Made by a program: the position numbers and the translations under genes | Notes under the pieces: generated by a model | The model's input: only the letters and a program-made list of their open reading frames with translations | Told to the model about the DNA's origin: nothing | Database searches by the model: none | NCBI GenBank assembly: GCA_946965045.2 | Contig: OX337234.1 | Location: 2,542,001 to 2,606,000, forward strand | Source of the DNA: Epithemia pelagica | Taxonomy: Eukaryota; Protista; Bacillariophyta | Reading direction: 5' to 3' | Length of the DNA stretch: 64,000 bases | In this document: one piece after another, positions 43,454 to 52,937 of the stretch | Layout of the letters: each line of letters starts with the position of its first letter | Numbering within the stretch: position 1 is the stretch's first letter

Positions 43454-44054
43454 AGGGCTGGGTAAGCCGATCCATGTTCGGCTAAGTAGGCTCAGTACAT
43501 TAAGCTACGTAGTACCATTTTCATCGCTGTAACAAGTGGGGCGAATGGTCACAAATCGAAAACTTGCTGCCACGAGAAACAATGCAATCCGGAAACCATC
43601 ACTCGACAATGGTCGAAGAAATCACCCCCATGGCAATAACTTCATGGATAATTGAGCCTAACTGAATCACTTTTAGAATAATACTCTTGAATACTAGAGC
43701 AACTATGGTTTCAATTTGATTCAGTCACCGTTGAGAAATGAATGAGTTAGGAAGGTTTTTGGATTACATCACCACAGAAAAATGAGTATACCTTTTGATC
43801 CAACGCGACAAATCTTCTGTAGCTGCAGAACACAGTAATACTAGCAAACTCAAACAACTTACAGTAGTAGGATGTTAATCGGTAAATGCATGCGACATCA
43901 ACGGATCTCGCCGTCATCGTGGAGTGTTTTTGCATTTTTTCGGACTTCCCACCATTTCAGGTAATACGTGTACTATGGGATTTTATGTACGATACGTAGC
44001 TTTTGTACTGAACCTACTTAGCCGAACATGGATCGGCTTACAATACCCAGCCCT
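43454..44054. mobile_element. MITE (about 600 bp) with about 60-bp imperfect TIRs, flanked by TA
   Basis: AGGGCTGGGT..AAGCCGATCCATGTTCGGCTAAGTAGG.TCAGTAC inverted at about 43985-44054; left copy lacks 5 bp. Confidence 0.85.
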
Positions 44055-44502
44055 TAGCTATCCGAAGGTCATGGTCACGGGGGACATTTTGGGGGAGAAA
44101 CCACCTCCAAATTGGCATACAGCAAAATGAGAATTGAAAAAATGGGGTACTACCAATTGGATAGTATGAGTATGTACACAGATTTTATCTGGTCGACGGA
44201 TACTTCTGAATTTGGTATAGATGCAAAAAGTACATCTGAAAGTATGAGTATAAGCGAATAGTAGAGTCTTGCGTTCTGGGGTCCAAAGTCCAAACCATCT
44301 CCTCTCTCACTCTAACCCTGCACCACCGGCGCATAGACAGATTACAGATTTCCAAACACCATACTCAACAAAAGAGTCAAGGACCGTTGAAAAGCTGTAG
44401 CACATCCAACCAATTCTCAAAAGGCGCACCTCCCATTAATCAGTCCACGATCGGAAGAGAGAAAAGGTGACAACATCCATATTTCATAAAGGGTTGAGGA
44501 AA

Positions 44503-45264
44503 ATGGTAGATCTGAAACAATCTGCGAACGTGGGAGGCCTGGACCTTGACGATGCGCTGGATGAAATGCTGGGACCCAGTCAACCCCGCGAAACCCCAGT
44601 TTCCAACAACACTGGAAACGTCAGTGCTGCACTGGAGCGGCTCCGAGAAAAGAAATCACGTCTCGCCATGCTCCGTGATCGTTCTAAGCAATGGCAGGAC
44701 AAATACAGCGAACCTCGGAGTCCGGAAGTGAATCCATCGCGGACTGGCACGGATGAAGCAGGAGCTATTCCCACCGTTTCCGTTTCGGGTCATAATGAGA
44801 AGAATGAACTCCCGACACCTTTGGACCATTCGTCAGCATTGACTACTAGACAAGAGGTGAATGGGAGCGTGCCCGCTGTGGAGAAGAAGCCATTGATTAC
44901 TACTACCACTGTCAAGCGAGAGGACGATCGGAGGCGGAAACGTCTGGAACTCAAGGAGAAACTTCGTCAGAAGGAAGCGCAACTTGCAAAACTTCGTAGT
45001 CAAACGATGCTTCGTAAGAGACCACTGGAGAATCAAGAGGCTGGCACGGACAGTGATCAATCACGATTGTCCGAGTCCGCTTCGACGTCTTCGTCGGAAG
45101 GACCACAAAGTGCAAGTGAACGGCCATCCGTCTCGTCATCCTACGATCGACAAAAGCATATTGAACATCTCAAACGAGTGAAAATGATGACTGCCAAGAA
45201 ACGTCAAGATCTGGCTCGATACAGATCGAAATTCGCACGACAAGCGGCAGCGGAAGCCTACTGA
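44503..45264 (+). CDS. Hypothetical coiled-coil, Ser-rich protein
   Basis: 254-codon ORF from ATG 44503 with three charged helical segments; no family recognised. Confidence 0.65.
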   Translation: MVDLKQSANVGGLDLDDALDEMLGPSQPRETPVSNNTGNVSAALERLREKKSRLAMLRDRSKQWQDKYSEPRSPEVNPSRTGTDEAGAIPTVSVSGHNEKNELPTPLDHSSALTTRQEVNGSVPAVEKKPLITTTTVKREDDRRRKRLELKEKLRQKEAQLAKLRSQTMLRKRPLENQEAGTDSDQSRLSESASTSSSEGPQSASERPSVSSSYDRQKHIEHLKRVKMMTAKKRQDLARYRSKFARQAAAEAY

Positions 45265-45464
45265 GATGGGTGATGAGCGGTCTGTTGTGTAGTGACAATG
45301 GTTGGTGCATGGGCGAATTGGGTGGCGAGTGCATCGGGGGAAGATATGAAGTTTAATAACTAATAGTACATAACCATTTTGGTCCGAATTGTGTTCGAGT
45401 AAACATCTTGTATAGGCGCATTAGCGAAACAAACCGGTTGCGTCTCTTTGGTTGTCCTGTTCCT

Positions 45465-46345
45465 TTACAAGGTTGCCTTTGGTGGCAAAACAGGAACTCC
45501 GGCAAGTGCACCAGCCAAACTCACCATTGCGGCCAACAAGGCGCTCGTTCCTATTAAATTCACTACAATCACTGTGAGTGTAATGGCAACCCCTTTCTTG
45601 ACGTTGCACTTGTTTTGAACCCACAAAACAATTTTATCAAACTGTGGGGCAACCGCCACAGAGGCTGCCAATCGGATGGGACGAACAATGTTGTTGAACA
45701 CATAAAAACCGGCATATACGGCCAAGAACTTTTTCCATTGACCAGGGGCCAGTGGTGACTGACCAGTCTGTGGAACAAAAAACGAATACAACCGGACTCC
45801 AGGATGAGTGCACTGCAAGTCGGAAGCACCGATCCTCCCGTCAGGTAACGTACCTGCTTGGCAAAAATGAACCACGCAATGGACATACAGACACAGTAGC
45901 TCATATTACTGACCCATCCATAGGACAGGACAACTGCCAGACCCATTTTCGCCATGCGTTGGCGGAACGTCAAGCCATCATTCTCTTTGTTGCCTCTAAC
46001 ATATTTCATGGCCCGTTGGAAAATGTTTAGCTTTTCCGTCTCAACGGCATTTGATGTAGAGTTGGCAGCGCTATTTTCCAAGGAATCAGAACTTTCGATG
46101 GTCTCCTCGGTTGGTTGTGGTTCGGTAGTCTCCTCCTCTGTCGATTTTGGTTCGGCATCCTCCGCTTCGGCTGCCCATAGAGAGGGTACTCTGGAGATGG
46201 TGTTGAAGCGAGGGGACGGCAGTGAAGGAAGGAAACTGGAACTTTGGAATCGCACATCTCTACGGACACCCACACTTGCGTGAAACGCCTCAACATGCAA
46301 TTGAAGGCCCCAAAGGCAAGAGACAAGAACAAAAGACTGCGTCAT
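45465..46345 (-). CDS. DUF1279/FAM210-like membrane protein, plastid-type bipartite presequence; intron 45768-45853
   Basis: Signal peptide ending HVEA-FH; GLTFRQRMAKMGLAVVLSY..IAWFIFAKQ|TGQSPLAPGQWKKFLAVYAGF..RPIRLA. Confidence 0.75.
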
Positions 46346-47179
46346 GGTAGTTCAGCTGACGTCGGAAGTCGGAACGGTGGAGTTTTGGAGAGCGACAAGT
46401 TGAAGATTTGCGTGTGAATGAATCGTCCTCCCCCCCAGTTCTTCAGTCGGCCCTTTTAGGGGGTACCGGAAAGAAAGGGAACGCCAGACGCCCCCGCTTC
46501 TTTGGTTCTTGTGTTTCGATCACAACACCGAAGATCTTTCTCTCCCTCTCGTGTTGCTGTTGGGTTGTTGGTTGTTGTGTCTCTTGTCTCTTGCTGAGCA
46601 CGACTCCGCATTGTTGTCATCGGTTCTGGTGGGTGCTTCTACGTCTGGATTGCATCATTTCCTGCTCATTTCCGGAAGGACACAAATAGATTGTTCCAGG
46701 AGATCGACGCCGTACGATTCCGTTTCACGACGTACCACTGCGATCTTGTTGCGTGACGAAACAAGTTGGACGACTTTGTTCACCCGAAAGAGCGCCGAAA
46801 TCAAGTGACTGAAGAACTCCAAGCCCTGTATCCCTTTGATTCTTTCTCTATTCATACCAAGAGGCTCTCCGTAAAGAGGAAGACACCGTTTGATTCCCCC
46901 CTACACTGCAAGCACATCAGCATCTCACTTGGAGAAGGGAGCAATTCATCACGTTTGGTGTCAAAAGTTGTCGGGTGTCTGTTTTAGAATTGTTTTAAAC
47001 TGAATATACTAGCAGCAGTGACGCCTCTGCCGTTGTTGTGCTCACACATCTTGCATACGAGAAACAACCTGGCAAAACTGCTTGTGTGTTTGTCCATTCT
47101 TTTTCAGTGGTGAGGGGAGCACTTTCAAAAGGTTCCCGAAACAAAACGTTGCGTTCAATTGACATTCCCTTTTCCAAAA

Positions 47180-49612
47180 ATGTCGTCGACTATTCTCTAT
47201 CGGTTTCGTTCCGGAACCACGTTTGAAGCACTGCCATTGCCAGGTTCTGCGGCGCGTTTGTTTGATGTAAAGAAGGCGATTGTGCTGGTCAAAAAGCTTG
47301 ATCAAGCTGGATCGATGGAATTTGATCTTTCGGTTCGTGACGCTACGACCGATGAGGAATATACCGACGAAAACATGGTATTGCCTCGGGGAACTCGCAT
47401 AGTGATTCAACGTTTGCCAGCATCACGAGGTCATGGCTTTTTAAGTCGAATGGCACGTCATCCCTATGGTGGTGGTGTGGGAGGCCCTCATGCAGGAGGA
47501 CCACCTGGTGGTGCAGCCAATGCCAATTTTTACACGATTGATTCCCGTGCCCATGGCGATGAAGATGAATTTGTTTCGGCAGCGCCATCTCCCGCGGTCA
47601 AGCAAGAAGACGAAGAATTGGCTGCCCTGAGAGCTGCAACGGATGCGGCGACTCAGGCCGCTCGAAACTCGGGAATTGGTCTTCGTGCCGGACAACATAA
47701 TCAATCAAACTTTCGACCCGGCATTGCCGGACAAGGACCACCACCGACGCAACAGCCTGGTCGGCAACAAGGGAACTTTGTTCCGCGGCCACGTCTGAAT
47801 GCCGATCCGGAGCTTCGGGAACAAGAAAAGCAATTAATGCCCAAGAAACGTGCCACGGGAATCCCTCGGACTTTTTTGAATTTGAATGCACCACCCCAAA
47901 CGGGAGATGGAGGTACAGGAGAGGGCGAGGGGAACAATGTCCCCTTGCTTCAGCCGAATGCGATTGGGTTCGAAGAGCTTGTCAACCGGGGAGGAGGTCA
48001 ATCCGAGAGTGCCGGAGGGTCCATGCGCGATCTCGACTATGCTCTCAAACTCACTGCCACGACAGTGCCAGAGTACCTCCAATGTGCCATTTGTAACAAT
48101 ATTGTTCGTGATGCAATGATCCTTCCATGGGACCCAGAAGGACGTACTACTCGCGAGTCTTGTATTCGAAATGCCCTTACGCAAAATGGATTTCGTTGCC
48201 CATTGACGGGCCAAGAAGGAGTAAGCCCCGATGACCTTCTTCCCAACCACGCTTTGCGAAAGGCTGTGGAGCAGTTTGTCAAGGGGGTTATGGAGAAAAT
48301 GGAGGAAATTGAGAAGGAACAAGTGGATGAAGAAGACGAGGCCCCTGGCGCTGAAACCAAGGGCGTTGGAAACATTCTTGACGGTGAAGGAGCCGACAAG
48401 GGCGTCATTATATCAAAACGCACGAGTATTGCCGACCGCAAAAAGAAAGGCGAAGAAGATGATCCATTCGGCGGAGGCGATGACTTGTTTGGCGGAGACG
48501 TTTTCGCAGTGGCACACGAAGACAAGACAAACGAGGACGAAAGTGAACCAGCGCAGAAAACAGAAGCCACGGAGACAAAGGAGCCGTCAAACGAAGAAGC
48601 TAGTCCAACTACTGTGGAAGCCGAAGACAAGACTAGCGCTGTGACAGGGCAGCAAATTGGTAGCACATTAAAGACGGAATCTAAGGAACATGCTTCTGAT
48701 GAGCAAGCGGACGTGAAATCCGCAGAGCGCGTTAGCGGGGATGCTGAACAAAACCACCAGCGAGGAGACAGCCGCGCTCGATCGTTGTCTCCTCCAGGTC
48801 ACACCACTGCTAGAGAAAAGAGTCCGTCGGAGGGAGTTGCTTCGTCCGCCCGTCGTGAAGCGCGTCGTCGTGGTCCCCCCATTGGGTATTCAATGGGACC
48901 TGCCGGCGGGGCCGTGAGTGGTCCGCGGGAGGACATGAACGATGTTTCTCCTCGTGGACGTAGCAACAATGCTCCTAGTGGCGATGGCTTTGGCGAGGAC
49001 GCCGAGCATGGATTTCGTGGAGGAGGAAGACCCGATGATCGTCGTCGGCAACAGGCATACGACAAGGACGATGCGTCCTATGCAGACGATTCTAGTCATG
49101 GTGGCGGGAGTCGCCACGAGGACTATGGTAGATCGCGGCGAGGTCATCAAGACTATTACAGAGGTGGTCGTGGCCGCGGTCGAGGGCGTGGGCGTGACCA
49201 ACAAGCTTCGTCGTCGTACGGAGACAGCCACAACTCCGGTGCACCCACCAGTGAAGATGGCGATCGATATCACAGTGGTGACCCACGAGGCATGAAACGT
49301 CCTCGGTCAGAATCAGATGGGGACGGCGCCCATTACAGAGAAGGAGACGACAGTCGTCGCCCAGGACGACACGACGACCGGTATGGCTATGGTGGTGGTG
49401 GTGGCCGAGGTGGTTACCAACATGGTGATCGATATGATTCGTCCTATGGCGGCGGTGGGAGAAGAGGCGGTTTTCGCGGCGGTGGTGGTTCTGGTGGACG
49501 AGGAGGCTTTTATGAAGATCGCGGTGGCGGACGAGGAGGTATATTCCGTGGTGGACGTGGGCGTGGTGGTGGACGAGGTTCTTATCATTCTCGAGGCAGA
49601 GGTCGATACTAG
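47180..49612 (+). CDS. RBBP6: RBBP6/Mpe1 DWNN-domain polyadenylation factor with degenerate RING/U-box and RGG tail
   Basis: DWNN MSSTILYRFRS..LPRGTRIVIQRLP; ATGIPRTFL; LQCAIC..DA..CIRNAL..CPL..LLPNHALRKAV. Confidence 0.88.
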   Translation: MSSTILYRFRSGTTFEALPLPGSAARLFDVKKAIVLVKKLDQAGSMEFDLSVRDATTDEEYTDENMVLPRGTRIVIQRLPASRGHGFLSRMARHPYGGGVGGPHAGGPPGGAANANFYTIDSRAHGDEDEFVSAAPSPAVKQEDEELAALRAATDAATQAARNSGIGLRAGQHNQSNFRPGIAGQGPPPTQQPGRQQGNFVPRPRLNADPELREQEKQLMPKKRATGIPRTFLNLNAPPQTGDGGTGEGEGNNVPLLQPNAIGFEELVNRGGGQSESAGGSMRDLDYALKLTATTVPEYLQCAICNNIVRDAMILPWDPEGRTTRESCIRNALTQNGFRCPLTGQEGVSPDDLLPNHALRKAVEQFVKGVMEKMEEIEKEQVDEEDEAPGAETKGVGNILDGEGADKGVIISKRTSIADRKKKGEEDDPFGGGDDLFGGDVFAVAHEDKTNEDESEPAQKTEATETKEPSNEEASPTTVEAEDKTSAVTGQQIGSTLKTESKEHASDEQADVKSAERVSGDAEQNHQRGDSRARSLSPPGHTTAREKSPSEGVASSARREARRRGPPIGYSMGPAGGAVSGPREDMNDVSPRGRSNNAPSGDGFGEDAEHGFRGGGRPDDRRRQQAYDKDDASYADDSSHGGGSRHEDYGRSRRGHQDYYRGGRGRGRGRGRDQQASSSYGDSHNSGAPTSEDGDRYHSGDPRGMKRPRSESDGDGAHYREGDDSRRPGRHDDRYGYGGGGGRGGYQHGDRYDSSYGGGGRRGGFRGGGGSGGRGGFYEDRGGGRGGIFRGGRGRGGGRGSYHSRGRGRY

Positions 49613-49796
49613 AATGTAACTGTAAGGTACAAACATTGCCACCGCTGATTAGCTCTGTAGACCTGAGCAAGAAAAGAAGTCGAAGATGAACCATGAAAAT
49701 CGTGAAAAAACATTTGAAGCGGGCATATTTATTGAAACAAAGATACTAGCAATTTTTTTATTAATTTCATCTTGTCTTTTGTTTCTTGCGTGAAAC

Positions 49797-50668
49797 TTAT
49801 GCTACGACATCATCAACCGTTACACTTTCTTCGTCGCTGCCATCGGACGACTCTTCTTTGTCAAGGTCCACAATTTCCTCCTCGCTACTCTGTAAGTCGG
49901 TAGTCTAAGGACCATCCCCAGGAATTCTAAAGGCATACCAAGGAAACTCTGAAGATCTCGAAAAACTTACAACCTTGTATACACCATCGTAGACTTTCAT
50001 CCAAAGCTTCGGGTCACTGTCCAATGCCATATGGAAATCCAAGCAAAAAGAATCACTCCAACCCAATGGACTGCATGAAAGTAAACGGGCCTTCTCGGAA
50101 GAAGAAATCGGAAAACGAAGCTTGAACATATCCGCACGACGTGGTGAGACAATCGATTCAGAAGAGGACACAAGCTGGGAAGAAGGTGCATTCTTCAACT
50201 GGGCAGAACGACTGTCCTCGTTCCTCGTATACCACCAGCAGTCCCGCCGACTTTGAAAGAACGGTATCGCCACTCGCGACCTGCAGTCGAAAGGACACGG
50301 CCCTTAGAATTCGACAAGGAACCAGCAGCATTATCAGACGTCGAAGAAAGGTCTAGCACATCTCGAGTCGAAACACCATTGTGCTTTTCTCTTTCTCCTT
50401 GGGAAAGTTGGGGAACGGGAGTGGGAGATAAAATTTTGCTCTTGGGAATGTCGTCCCACCCCCAGTTCTTCAACCGCTCTTTATATTTTAGAGGGAGGGG
50501 GTACCAGAAATTGGGTGTAAGAGGAGGCTCTCCGTAGTGTAGGCGTGCGTCATCTTGTATAAGTGGGAAAGAGGAGACCGATGGGGTATGTGTCGAAGGA
50601 TTTGGATGGGCTGACACGGATAAGGGACAGAAGGTAAATGTCAGTAGACCAGTCACTAACACAGACAA
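49797..50668 (-). pseudogene. Possible disrupted hypothetical gene divergent from the 2OG-Fe(II) gene
   Basis: Protein-like segments in two frames (DDARLHYGEPPLTPNFWYP..; LDFHMALDSDPKLWMKVYDG..IPGDGP*TTDLQSSEEE); no clean gene model. Confidence 0.3.
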
Positions 50669-50832
50669 CGGAGAAACAGACTGTCGTCAGTATATTCGTG
50701 AGGAGACTGCGGGATTTGCAGCAAAACTCGAGTTTTGTTTGCCATCCCATGTATTGTTGTATGTAGTAGCGATTCAAAATTCAAAAACTTTCAGTAAAGG
50801 AAAGCAGGATCGTACGACACAAAAAACAGGAG

Positions 50833-52937
50833 ATGCCTCGACAACAGGGTACAGCGAAATCACGAAGGGTGATGAAAGTATCTCCAGAGGAGATCGAGTC
50901 AGAAGACAATGACGAACATGTGTCCGAGGCGAAATCGGCAGAGGAGACGAGGCGGAGGAAGAGGTCAAAGAGCGTGGTGAGACAAGGGGAGAAAGCCAAA
51001 AAGGAACTGAAATCAGGAAACGCGATGAATCGCTCTCCAAGGAAGAGCGATGCAGAAGACAATGCTACGGACGATGAAGATGTCTTTGAGGCGGAATCGA
51101 AAAAGAAAAAGAGGCAGAGGAAGAGTGGTAAGCGCGACGTGAATCAAGGTAAGAAAGCCAAAAAGGTACTGAAATCACCAAAGGCGATGAAACGCTCTCC
51201 AAGGAAGAGCGAGGCAGAACACAATCCTACGGACGATGAAGATATCTCGGAGGAGGAATCGGTAGAGGAGAAGACGCAGACGAAGAGGTTTAAGCGCGAT
51301 GTGAATGAAGGCGAGAAAAGGGAAAAGGAAGCGAAAGCAGGAGAGGGGATGAAAGCCTCTTCAGAGGAGAGTGAGTCAGAAGAGAGCGAGTCAGAAAATA
51401 ATTCTACGGATGATGAAGATTTCTCTAACGTGGAAGCGGTAGAGAAGAAGACGCAACCGAAGAGGTACATGGGCGTTGTGAAACAAGGAGAAAAGGCCAA
51501 AAAGAAACCGAAATCACCAAAGGCGATGAAAACCTTGCATAAGAAGAGCGATGCAGAAGACAATCCTACGGAGGATGAAGAAGGCTCTGAGGCGGAATCG
51601 GTAGCGACGAAGACGGAGACGAAGAGGTTGAAGGGCGTAAAGAAACAAAGAGAGAAAGCCAAAAAGGAACCGAATTCAACAAGTCAGACGACAGCGAGAA
51701 AGAAGCATAGACGTCGTGGGAAGCTGTGTGACGTTGCTAAGGAGAAGTTGTCGAAGAAGACTGACGGACAGGAGAAGAAGTATCCATTGCTGTTGTACGA
51801 CGATGATTCGAAAGATGATGAGTTGAAGCTATCGGTAAAGTCCATCAGGAAAAGAGGGAGTGTGGTATTGGAGGGAATTTTCAAGCCGGAGGAGCATGAG
51901 TTATTGAAGACTCGTGCATTGTTATGTTTCACCCATGAGGAAGTGGACGGAATTTCTAAGCATTGCGAGAATATTGGGCCTATTGTGACTACTAGCGGAG
52001 GCACACTGCAAGTTGAAATCAAGGAGAAAGTGAAGAAAGTCGAAGATGAACGTAAATCAGCAGTTGAGGAGTTGACGTGTCGCATGGAAAAGAGGCTGAG
52101 AACTCTGGCATACATTCTGTACGGGTCACGTGATTGCACGGTCAAGAAGATGTATGTTTGGAAGAAACGAAACGAAGCTGATGCACAATGGCTCCATGCG
52201 GACTCTATGTATCAAAACAATCTAAAGGCTCTGTTGTGCCTGTCAGTCGATGGTTGTGCGGCAACTCAGGTACTTCCGTATGATTGTCTTCATGACAAGC
52301 CACTGCTAGCTTGTCCAAGTCAAAAGACGTTGCGTAATGATACGATACGCGAACGATTCAAGTACCTTTATGAAGTGAGTGGAAGTTATAATTGGTTGAA
52401 GGAAATCTACGATCAGCGGCTGAAACCGGCAAAAGAAGACGGATTTGAATTTGGCGATATGTTTGTGTTTAGTGGAGATGTTCTTCATGCCGGACCAAGT
52501 ACGAAAAACGACCCAAGAGATCGATTGTTTCTGTTTATGACTCTAGATTTTGGTCACACTGCTGATTATCACAATCGTCAGCTGCATCCTGCGTCATTGT
52601 ACGAGGTGCTTCATGGCTGTAACAGCCCACAAAAGCTGAGAGCAGTGGCGATTCATTGTGCTGCAAGGCGGGCAAGCGATGCAGAGGTGAAGAATGCGTA
52701 CGACTGTTCATGGCCGAAGAATTCGACGGGGGGGGGGGGGGGGGGGGGACGTCGGGAGGAATGACGACGGAAGGCCGGAGTACCCTTTCGTCAAGTGACT
52801 CAGCAAAGAAGAAAAGGAAACGAGAAGTTGATGCTGTCGAGCCAGCGCCGCCAACTCTTACGGAGCTCAAGGCAAAGATTGAAGAGGTGGCAGAAGAAGT
52901 GTCGACCTCCGGTGAGGAGAAGAAGGATGGGTTCTAG
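50833..52937 (+). CDS. PhyH-like 2OG-Fe(II) oxygenase with Lys/Glu-rich repetitive N-terminus; probable frameshift in G21 (52728-52748) extends it to 52937
   Basis: AQWLHAD (HxD), FGDMFVFSGDVLHAG, RDRLFLF; about five 55-60-aa repeats KK.LKSPKAMKRSPRKS.AEDNPTDDED. Confidence 0.75.

Noticed and set aside
12197-49907. TAG reassignment or general readthrough (in-frame TAGs at 12197, 37922 and 49905, two of them at conserved Lys positions)
   Set aside because: UNC50, the FN3 gene, the CRN-like gene and RBBP6 all end at TAG at their expected C-termini; independent nonsense mutations in decaying elements are simpler
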